Source: Polyangiaceae bacterium (GTDB lineage Bacteria > Myxococcota_A > Polyangia > Polyangiales > Polyangiaceae). Taken from it: a DNA stretch of 32,274 bases. Location of the stretch: the NCBI GenBank assembly GCA_044222475.1, contig JBGANF010000094.1, forward strand, positions 1 through 32,274, given 5' to 3'. The position numbers and the translations under genes were made by a program. Under the pieces are notes generated by a model. The model saw only the letters and a list, made by a program, of their open reading frames with translations, had not been told where the DNA came from and did no database searches. This document shows positions 1-7,534 of the stretch, in pieces. Each line of letters opens with the position of its first letter. Position 1 is the stretch's first letter.

Positions 1-209
1 ATCGACATGTCGTACGGGATGACGTGCGGGCTCCCGGCCGCGGTCCACGTCTCGTCGCTCGTGACGTTCGTCGCGTGCTGCGTGCCGGGCCCGCTCAGCG
101 TCCCACATTGGGATGGCGGCGTCGTGGTCGAACCGGTGCTGGGCTCGCACCCGATCGAGGCGAGGGGAAGGGCAGGGAGGACGACCCACAGCAGGGCAAG
201 CTTGCGCAT
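1..209 (-). CDS. Secreted lipoprotein, N-terminal part only (runs off the window); possibly beta-helix type
   Basis: Not in the ORF track. Hand translation from ATG 209: MRKLALLWVVLPALPLASIGC-EPSTGSTTTPPSQCGTLSGPGTQHATNVTSDETWTAAGSPHVIPYDMS. Signal peptide with lipobox-like SIGC. TWTAAGSPH resembles the motif that opens many beta-helix surface proteins. TAGGCT -10-like box 7 nt upstream. Confidence 0.75.
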   Translation of the reverse strand, partial: MRKLALLWVVLPALPLASIGCEPSTGSTTTPPSQCGTLSGPGTQHATNVTSDETWTAAGSPHVIPYDMS

Positions 210-286
210 GGAGAAGAGCCTAAGCACCGTCTCCTCCGGCGCTCGTGACAGAATCGGACACCGCCGCAAGGCGCCAGAATCAGGCG

Positions 287-2002
287 CTATTTGCGGAGGA
301 AATCTCCGCCGACCTTCTCCAGGAACTCGTCGTAGGTGCCACCGAAGTCGGTGAGCTCGGTGCACGGCTCGCCGTCCTTCGACTTGCCGGGGTGCAGCCC
401 GAAGACGCGCGTGCACAGCTCGCCGATGAAGTGACGGTCGTGGCTGACGACGAGGACCGTGCCGGTGAAGAGCTGCAGCCCTTCGAGCAAGCCTTCGATC
501 GACTCGATGTCGAGGTGGTTCGTGGGCTCGTCGAGGACGAGGACGTTGTGCCGCTCGAGGAGAAGCTTGCACAGGAGCAGGCGCGCGGCCTCGCCACCGG
601 AGAGCGACTCGACCTGCTTGAGCGCTTCTTCTCCGCTGAAGAGGAGCCGCCCCATGATCCCGCGGACCTGCTCCTGCGGAGCGTCTTCGTCCCACTGGTA
701 GAGCCACTGGAACGCGTTCATGCCGGCGGCGACGTGCCCGAGCGCCTCGTGGTGGTCCTGGGCGAAGTATCCGACGGACACCTCGTGACCCCACTTGATG
801 GTGCCGGCACCCGGCTTCAGCGCGTCCTTCGCGGTCTCTTCGTCGATGCCGGGCGCGGCCCCGACCATCAGCTTGAGCAGCGTCGACTTGCCGATGCCGT
901 TCGGACCAGTGACCGCGATCTTGTCGCCGCGGTTCACGTTGAGCGAGACCTTCTCGAAGATCCGCTTGGTCCCCCCGTCCGGCAGATCGAAGCTCTTCTG
1001 CACGTCCTCCATGCGGAGCACGTCGCGCCCGCTCGGCTTGTCGAACTCGAAGCGTACGAAGGGCCGCACGAGCGACGAGCGCTTGCCGCCGCGTGCCTGG
1101 ACCTCTTCCTTGAGCTTCTCGATCTGCTTCTGCCGCGACTGCGCTTGGCTCGACTTCGCGGCGTGCGCGCCGAAGCGCTGGACGAAGCTCTGGAGCTCTT
1201 GGATCTTCTTCTTCGTCGCTGCGTTCTGCGCGTCGGCGCGCTGCTTGTTCTCGTACTTTTGCTCGACGAAGTCCTGGTAGTTGCCGGTGTAGACGGTGAT
1301 CGTCTGGTAGTCGACGTCGGCGATGTGGGTCGCGACCTCGTTCAAGAAGTGGCGGTCGTGGCTGATGACGACGAGCGTTCCCTTGAAGTCGTTCTTGAGG
1401 AAGCTCTCGAGCCAACGGATCGAGTCGAGGTCGAGGTGGTTCGTGGGCTCGTCGAGGAGGAGGATGTCCGGGCGACCGAAGAGCACCTGCGCGATGAGGA
1501 CGCGGAGCTTGTAGCCCGCGGCGAGGGTGTTCATCTTGTCGGTGTGCTTCTCGGATGGGATGCCTAAGCCTTCGAGGAGCTCGCCCGCGAGGCTCTCGGC
1601 CGTGTAGCCGTCTTCCTCGGCGATGGTGCCTTCGAGCTCGCCCAGGCGGATGCCGACCTCGTCGGTGACCTCGCCCTGGAGGAGCTGCTCCTTCTCGTGG
1701 AGGGCCTCCCAAAGGGCTTTGTTGCCCATCATGACCGCGTCGATGATGCGCTGCTCGTCGTACTCGAAGTGGTTCTGCTTCAAGATGCCGAGCCGCACGG
1801 ATCGGGGGATGTCGATCGAGCCCGTATCGGTGTCTTCGGTCCCTCCCAGCATCTTGATGAGGGTGGACTTGCCGGCGCCGTTCGCGCCGACGAGGCCGTA
1901 CCGCTTGCCGGGATCGAACTGCATCGAGACGTTCTCGAAGAGGATCTTCGGGCCGAATCGCTTGGTGACGTTGTCGAGGATGATGGTGGCGAGCGCGGAC
2001 AC
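287..2002 (-). CDS. ybiT: ABC-F family ribosome-associated ATPase (YbiT-like), 571 aa
   Basis: Two ABC domains: Walker A GANGAGKST and GPNGIGKST, LLLDEPTNHLD and LVLDEPTNHLD, SHDRHF twice, no TM helices. N-terminus (KRFGPKILFENVSMQFDPGKRYGLVGANG) matches the YbiT pattern. The real start is GTG 2002, with a G-rich SD-like AAGGGGGG; the 1649-aa ORF is an antisense extension. Confidence 0.9.
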   Translation of the reverse strand: MSALATIILDNVTKRFGPKILFENVSMQFDPGKRYGLVGANGAGKSTLIKMLGGTEDTDTGSIDIPRSVRLGILKQNHFEYDEQRIIDAVMMGNKALWEALHEKEQLLQGEVTDEVGIRLGELEGTIAEEDGYTAESLAGELLEGLGIPSEKHTDKMNTLAAGYKLRVLIAQVLFGRPDILLLDEPTNHLDLDSIRWLESFLKNDFKGTLVVISHDRHFLNEVATHIADVDYQTITVYTGNYQDFVEQKYENKQRADAQNAATKKKIQELQSFVQRFGAHAAKSSQAQSRQKQIEKLKEEVQARGGKRSSLVRPFVRFEFDKPSGRDVLRMEDVQKSFDLPDGGTKRIFEKVSLNVNRGDKIAVTGPNGIGKSTLLKLMVGAAPGIDEETAKDALKPGAGTIKWGHEVSVGYFAQDHHEALGHVAAGMNAFQWLYQWDEDAPQEQVRGIMGRLLFSGEEALKQVESLSGGEAARLLLCKLLLERHNVLVLDEPTNHLDIESIEGLLEGLQLFTGTVLVVSHDRHFIGELCTRVFGLHPGKSKDGEPCTELTDFGGTYDEFLEKVGGDFLRK

Positions 2003-2050
2003 GATGCGCCCCCCTTTAGCACCAAAATTGGTAGGATGCGGGATCACTCG

Positions 2051-5000
2051 ATGCGCGTCCGCGGTCCGCTCGTCGCTCAGATCCTCGAACTTCCTCGGCT
2101 TCCCAACCCGGAGGAGCGCCGGGCGATCTTTCGTCAGACGATGGCGACCCTGGCCCAGGCCCCGGTGGCCGGGGCGCCCGGCCCGCTCGACGCCCTCAAT
2201 GGCGAGGGGCTCCGCGCCGCGGTCCGCGTGGCGCTCGACGCCGGCTTCGCCGACGACCTCGACTGGCTCGCGCCCCCCGCCGCCGGGGCCGCTCTGTACG
2301 AGCTCGCCGCTGCGCTGCCTTCGTCGGCCGAGCAGCGAGAGATCGGTCGTCGCGTGCTCGCGCGCACGCTCGACGGCGACGCCGAGACGTTCGCCGGGAT
2401 CGCGACGCGCATGGCGCTCGGGACCGGGAAGGGGCTCACGACCGGGGCGATCCGCGCGCGGCTCGGCCTGCTCATCGAGCTCCCGGTGTCGGCCAACGTC
2501 GTCGATGGTCCGCTCGCGCTCGCGCTCGTGTCGCGCCGGCCGCTCGCGCGGGAGCTCGTCAGCGCCGCGTCGACCGGCTCGCTCGCGTCGCGCCGGCTCG
2601 CCGCCCGGTTGCTCGAGCGCGCCGCGCGAGAGACGGCGGGTCGCGCCCAACAAGGGGACGACCACGCGGTGCGCGCGTTCTCCGCCGATGGCGTGACGCA
2701 AGCGTTCGACCGTCTCCTCGCCGATCGCGAGAGCCTCGTCTGGCGTCACGTCGCGGTCGCTCGGGGTCTCCTCGCGCCGTGGATGCCCCAGCACAAGCGC
2801 ACGATGACGGAGCACCTCGATCCGAAGCTGACTCCGACGGAGTGGCGTCGCACCGCGACGAGCTTCGCCGCGATGCTCGCGGTCGATCCGGACTCGGCGC
2901 GAAAGAGCATCGCTGCGATCTTGGTTCACCTCGCGCGTCAGGATCGCGGCGTCGCGGGCGCGCTCGTGTGGGGCCTCGCGCGCGCGGCCGAGGTCGAGCC
3001 GGACCTCGCCGGAGAGGTGCTCGATCAGATCGTCGGCTCGTACCCGGCCGACGTCGCCGAAGCCGCGGCCGAGCTCGGGCTCGAGTGGGGAACCGGGACC
3101 GCCTTCGAGAGCGCGGTCGCGAACCTCGCCACCAAGCTCAGCGAGACGCTCTCGAAGCGCAGCACCGCCGACGACGACGGCAGCGCAGTCCTGGAGCGCG
3201 AGCTGATCCGCGACCTCGAGCGGCTCCCGCGTCGAAGCGCGGCGCCGGAGGCCACCGACGACACGGTGCGCTCGCAGGTCGCGCGCGCGCTGCGCCTCTA
3301 CGCCGAGGGCGGCGCCCGCGAGGCCTACGCCGCGGCGAAAGAGGCGCTCGAGGCAGCGACGAGCGCGGTCAGCGCGCTCCGCGCCGTCGGCGAAGAGAGC
3401 GACGCGGAGAGCGGCGGTGGGATCGCGATGCGCACGGAGCTCGTCGTGCTTCGTGATCTCGATCTGAGCATCCTCGAGCGGTCGACGCTGCTCGACCTGC
3501 TGCGCCTCGGGCCCAGCGCCGAGGTCGTGCGCGGGCATGAAGATGCATTCTACACGCTTCAGGAGACGGTCTCGACCTTCGTCCTCGAGCGCGAGCGCGC
3601 AGCCGGCGAGTCCGCGCGCCACGGTACGCTGCGGCTCCGGCGGTTGCGGGCGCTCCTCCACCTCGTCGACGGCGAGATCGAGGGCGAGGCCGCGCGCACC
3701 GGCGCTCTCGCGCGTCGCAACCGCGGCGTCGCCGCCGATCTCCTCAGGCGCGGTCGCGATCTCCCGGTGCCGCTGCGTCGCGCGAGCTCGGCGGCGTTGG
3801 CCCGCTCGCTCGACGCGCTCGTCCGCGCTCAGGTGCTCGACGCTGCCGACGCGCTGCTCGTCGTCGCGAGGACCGTGCAGGTCCCGGCCGAGATTCGGGT
3901 CCTCGCCGAGGCGTCGATGGATCCCGAGCTCCGCCACGCCTTCGCGCGGTGCGCCGCGTTCGCCGCCGCCATCCGCGAGTACGACGAGGCGACGGCGCGC
4001 GGTCAGTCGATGCCGCCGGCGTCCAACCTCGAACGCCTCGAGCCGAAGCTCCGCGCGTTCGAGGCCTGGACGAAGGACCTGTTCCTCGATCCGTCGAGCC
4101 GCGCCGAGTCGCTCCGGACGGTGCTCGGCCGAATCGCCACGCTGCTGCGATCGATCGCCGGCATCGAGGCGCTCTCCTCCCTCGGCGACGGCGTGGAGCC
4201 GCTCGCCGCGCTCGAGAAGGCCGTCGACGATCTCGGTCAGCTCGCCGAGAGCGCGCTCACGCGCCTCGATCCGTCGACGCCCGTCGGCACGCGCGACACG
4301 GTCGTCGATCCGATGCCGGCCTCGGTGTCGCAGGTCATCTCCGGCAACAAGGCGCAGCTGGACATGGCGGCGTTCTCGGATCGCGTCGACGCCATGCTCT
4401 TCGACGCGCCGCAGATCATCGCGCAGCTCGTGCGCGAGGTGCTCCTCATCCTCCCGAGGCTCCCGGTTCGCACGGCGAGCGCCGAGCCGTCGGCGAGCTC
4501 GCTCCCGCCCGAGCGCGGCCCAGAGCAGCTCCCCGCGTGGCTTCCGCCTCGGCGCACGCTCGGCGGGTTCTACGTTCTGCGCGGGCTCGGCAGCGGCGGT
4601 GGCGGAAGCGTCTTCGTCGCCACCCGCATCGAGGAGCGCGCCGATCCCGACGCCGAGCGGTTCGCCCTCAAGGTCCCGGACTACACGGCCGACGCCGCGC
4701 GCACCCTGTCCGAGACGGAGTTCCTCCAGATGTTCCGCTCCGAAGCCTCGGCGCTGATCGGCTTGCCCGCGCACCGGAACATCGCGCGCTTCGTCACCTT
4801 CGACACCGCGGCGCGGCCCAAGCCGATCCTCGTGATGGAGCTCGTCGAAGGGACCACCTTCGAGCACTTCCTCGGCTCTCGCGCGATCACCGTGCAGCGC
4901 GCGTTCGAGATCCTCGACGACGTCCTCGCCGGTCTCGAGTCGATGCACGAGGTCGGCGTCGGGCACCTCGACGTCAAGCCGTCGAACGTGGTTCTCCGCG

Positions 5001-5422
5001 GAGGGCAGGAGGGCGTGCTCGTGGACTTCGGCCTCGCCGGGCGCCACGTGCGCCCGAGCTGCGGGACCGGGAGCTACGGCGCGCCCGAGGTGTGGTCGCC
5101 GCCAGCGGAGGGGACGCTCGACCCGCGACCGGTCGACGTCTACGCGTTCGGTTGCGTCGCGTTCGAGGCGCTCACCGGTCAGGTCCTGATCGACGGGTCG
5201 ACGCCGCTCGAGCTGATCGCGCGTCACCTCTCGCACGACGGCTTTCCGGACAAGCTCAAGGCGCTCGCGGCCGACCCGCGCTTCGCGGCCCTCGCCGAGA
5301 TCGTGTTCTCCACGCTGCGCCGCGATCAGCGCAAGCGCCCGCCGGTTCGCGCCCTCCGCGCCGATCTCCGGCGCGTCGCGCCGACGCTCGCGAAGGTCGC
5401 CTGGCCGCTCGCGGCCTCATGA
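2051..5422 (+). CDS. Large Ser/Thr (Hanks-type) protein kinase with a C-terminal catalytic domain and a ~830-aa helical N-terminal region
   Basis: Kinase motifs from about 4550: GSGGGGSV, ALKVP, HLDVKPSN, DFGLAG, GTGSYGAPE, DVYAFG. Start ATG 2051 (alternative 2036), downstream of an extended -10-like TGGTAGGAT. Confidence 0.85.
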   Translation: MRVRGPLVAQILELPRLPNPEERRAIFRQTMATLAQAPVAGAPGPLDALNGEGLRAAVRVALDAGFADDLDWLAPPAAGAALYELAAALPSSAEQREIGRRVLARTLDGDAETFAGIATRMALGTGKGLTTGAIRARLGLLIELPVSANVVDGPLALALVSRRPLARELVSAASTGSLASRRLAARLLERAARETAGRAQQGDDHAVRAFSADGVTQAFDRLLADRESLVWRHVAVARGLLAPWMPQHKRTMTEHLDPKLTPTEWRRTATSFAAMLAVDPDSARKSIAAILVHLARQDRGVAGALVWGLARAAEVEPDLAGEVLDQIVGSYPADVAEAAAELGLEWGTGTAFESAVANLATKLSETLSKRSTADDDGSAVLERELIRDLERLPRRSAAPEATDDTVRSQVARALRLYAEGGAREAYAAAKEALEAATSAVSALRAVGEESDAESGGGIAMRTELVVLRDLDLSILERSTLLDLLRLGPSAEVVRGHEDAFYTLQETVSTFVLERERAAGESARHGTLRLRRLRALLHLVDGEIEGEAARTGALARRNRGVAADLLRRGRDLPVPLRRASSAALARSLDALVRAQVLDAADALLVVARTVQVPAEIRVLAEASMDPELRHAFARCAAFAAAIREYDEATARGQSMPPASNLERLEPKLRAFEAWTKDLFLDPSSRAESLRTVLGRIATLLRSIAGIEALSSLGDGVEPLAALEKAVDDLGQLAESALTRLDPSTPVGTRDTVVDPMPASVSQVISGNKAQLDMAAFSDRVDAMLFDAPQIIAQLVREVLLILPRLPVRTASAEPSASSLPPERGPEQLPAWLPPRRTLGGFYVLRGLGSGGGGSVFVATRIEERADPDAERFALKVPDYTADAARTLSETEFLQMFRSEASALIGLPAHRNIARFVTFDTAARPKPILVMELVEGTTFEHFLGSRAITVQRAFEILDDVLAGLESMHEVGVGHLDVKPSNVVLRGGQEGVLVDFGLAGRHVRPSCGTGSYGAPEVWSPPAEGTLDPRPVDVYAFGCVAFEALTGQVLIDGSTPLELIARHLSHDGFPDKLKALAADPRFAALAEIVFSTLRRDQRKRPPVRALRADLRRVAPTLAKVAWPLAAS

Positions 5423-5787
5423 GCGACGGTGCGCTCGCGCCGCTCTCAGGCGAGCCCGATCCCGGCGGAGCGGATTGCGTCACGTGCGGCCGATGTTGCC
5501 ATCACGGCCCCGACACGGTGTCGCTGCTCGAGACCGACGAAGCGCGGATGGGCGAGCTTTTGATTGCAGAGTACACGGTTCTTCACGCGCGCCCTCCGGG
5601 GTTCCGTTTCATGCGAAGCGACGGGATCCGCTGCGCCGCGCTCGACGTTTCGGTCCCTGGCGCCTACCCTTGCAAGGTGTACGAGGTGAGACCCGAGGGC
5701 TGCCGTGTCGTCGAACCGGGGTCACCGTGCTGTTTGGAGGCGAGGCGCCTGGGCCACCTGGGGTCGTCGGTCGAGTTTTCCCGGTGA
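5419..5787 (+). CDS. YkgJ / CxxCxxCC family zinc- or Fe-S-cluster protein, 122 aa
   Basis: CVTCGRCC...RCAAL...CKVYEVRPEGCR...CC pattern. ATGA overlap with the kinase stop codon. Confidence 0.85.
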   Translation: MSDGALAPLSGEPDPGGADCVTCGRCCHHGPDTVSLLETDEARMGELLIAEYTVLHARPPGFRFMRSDGIRCAALDVSVPGAYPCKVYEVRPEGCRVVEPGSPCCLEARRLGHLGSSVEFSR

Positions 5788-6635
5788 GAGCCCTCCCTCT
5801 GTTTCTTCTGTTGGCGGCGTGCGCCCATCCCATCGATGCGACGCACGTCGTCCCCGCGTCGGAGGCGATCGCGTATCGGACGACGAAGCTCAAGCCGGTG
5901 GCGGTGCTGCGGGGAAAGGATCGCGCCGAGCTCCCGCCGGGCGCCGAGGTCGACAAGACGGAGATCCGCGTGGCGCAACCGGGGACGTTCGTCTACCCGT
6001 TGTCGCCGGGGGAGACGCTCGAGCGCGATTCCTTCGCTCGAATCGTCGCGGTGCACACGCCGGGTGCGGCCCCCGGGTCCGAGACGGTGACGACGTTCGT
6101 GCCCGGCACCACCGAGTGGCTCGACGACAACTCGGTGAAGGGCGAGCTGACGAGCCACCTCCAGCGCGTCCCGCTTCTTCCGGGCGACAAGATCGAGCTG
6201 AAAGGCAAGCTCGCTCCCGGAGACGAGCTCCCGAACGGCGGCAGCGTCGACACGTCGCGCGCGTGGTCTGCCCTCGTCTTCGGATCGATCGCGCTCGCGG
6301 CCGGGTGGTTTCCGTCGATCTACATCGCGGCGTCGTCCAGCGTGAAGTCCGACGCGTGGCTCGGCGTCCCGGGGATCGGGCCCTGGATCGCCCTGGCGGA
6401 GCGCCCGGACTGCATCTCCGATCCGGGCAACCCGATCCCGACGTGCCTCGACGACGGCACGGCGCGCATCGGGCTGATCGCGGACGGTGTCTTGCAGACG
6501 GTCGGCCTCGGGCTGTTCGTCTTCGGGATCCCGTCGTACACGCAGATCACGTGGTCGCAGGAGACCCAGGCGAAGCTCCGGATCGCGCCGATGCTGGGGA
6601 CGGCGAACGGTCTGTCGATCGTGGGATCCTTCTAG
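5784..6635 (+). CDS. Putative lipoprotein with a hydrophobic C-terminal membrane domain, 283 aa
   Basis: GTG start overlaps the upstream TGA (GTGA). MRALPLFLLLAAC lipobox. C-terminal hydrophobic hairpins ending GLSIVGSF. Confidence 0.75.
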   Translation: MRALPLFLLLAACAHPIDATHVVPASEAIAYRTTKLKPVAVLRGKDRAELPPGAEVDKTEIRVAQPGTFVYPLSPGETLERDSFARIVAVHTPGAAPGSETVTTFVPGTTEWLDDNSVKGELTSHLQRVPLLPGDKIELKGKLAPGDELPNGGSVDTSRAWSALVFGSIALAAGWFPSIYIAASSSVKSDAWLGVPGIGPWIALAERPDCISDPGNPIPTCLDDGTARIGLIADGVLQTVGLGLFVFGIPSYTQITWSQETQAKLRIAPMLGTANGLSIVGSF

Positions 6636-7018
6636 ACGCGCCGCGACTCGCGAGCGCGGAGGGCTTTCGTTGCGAGCACGTCGAGGAGCTGGATCAGAGG
6701 CTTCGCCGCGTCGAGGAGCTCGCTGCTGTCCGGCGCCACGATGCGCAGGGCCATCGGCTTGTCGTTCACGCCGTGCGGGTCGTCGAACGAGACGAGCACC
6801 CGGCCCGCCTCGAGGTCCACGCTCAACGATCGCAGCTTCAGACCCGGCTCGCGCGCGCGCAGCCACGCCTCCATCGGCGCCGCCAGATGGAAGACTCGCG
6901 TCGCTTCGATCCCGTGCACGTCGACTCCGGGCCCAGCGAACGGCTGCCCTGCGAGGTCCCTTTTTGGGACGATTCGAACGTGCCGATCGCGATAGCGGAG
7001 CTTGAACGACCGGATCAA
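6632..7018 (-). CDS. Hypothetical protein, 128 aa
   Basis: TTG start 4 nt after the stop of the glutaredoxin-like gene. Normal protein composition; fills the gap up to the convergent lipoprotein gene. Confidence 0.65.
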   Translation of the reverse strand: MIRSFKLRYRDRHVRIVPKRDLAGQPFAGPGVDVHGIEATRVFHLAAPMEAWLRAREPGLKLRSLSVDLEAGRVLVSFDDPHGVNDKPMALRIVAPDSSELLDAAKPLIQLLDVLATKALRARESRRV

Positions 7019-7022
7019 CGCA

Positions 7023-7508
7023 TCAACCGAAGGCGGCCTTCGCGAGAGAACCGTCGACGTCCGCCGCGACGAGCGCTTCGAAGCCGCCGATGCAGACGTC
7101 GCCGACGAAGACGATCGGGAGCTCGTCCTCCTTGCACCCCGCCTTGCGCGTCACGAAGGTCATCGTCGCCTCGTCGCCGGCGACGTCGAGGACGGTGTGG
7201 GCGTAGCCCTTCGCGTCGAGCGTCTCCACGATGCGGCCGAGGAGCCGCGTGTTGCGGTTCTTCTCCATGTAGACGGTGATCGGTGCCTGGAGCTTCTGCT
7301 TCTCCGAGGTCGCCCCGACCTTGCGCAGCGCCGACAGTCGAGCTGCCGCCGCTTCGCGCTTCGCGAGCTCGTCCGCGGAGGCCACCGGGTAGCCGAGGGT
7401 CACGTTGAGGCGCCGCAGAACGTCCTTCGAGATCCGCACGGGTGCGAACCGGTCGCCGCGAGGGGTCGAGATGGCGCCGTGGAGAGCTCCGCGAAGTCGG
7501 TTCAGCAT
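7023..7508 (-). CDS. Glutaredoxin-fold protein with an N-terminal extension, lacking CxxC
   Basis: PITVY...LDAKGYAHTVLDV...LPIVFVGDVCIGGFEAL...GSL matches the Grx cis-Pro/GG signature. The active-site position reads MEKNRNTR. Confidence 0.75.
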   Translation of the reverse strand: MLNRLRGALHGAISTPRGDRFAPVRISKDVLRRLNVTLGYPVASADELAKREAAAARLSALRKVGATSEKQKLQAPITVYMEKNRNTRLLGRIVETLDAKGYAHTVLDVAGDEATMTFVTRKAGCKEDELPIVFVGDVCIGGFEALVAADVDGSLAKAAFG

Positions 7509-7534
7509 GCGCCTTCTCTACTACGTTTTCGCCG

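Noticed and set aside
2003..5236. Apparent 1649-aa fusion ORF (long N-terminal extension of the ABC-F protein)
   Set aside because: The extension is the stop-free antisense frame of the kinase gene, a common high-GC artefact. ABC-F homology starts at GTG 2002.
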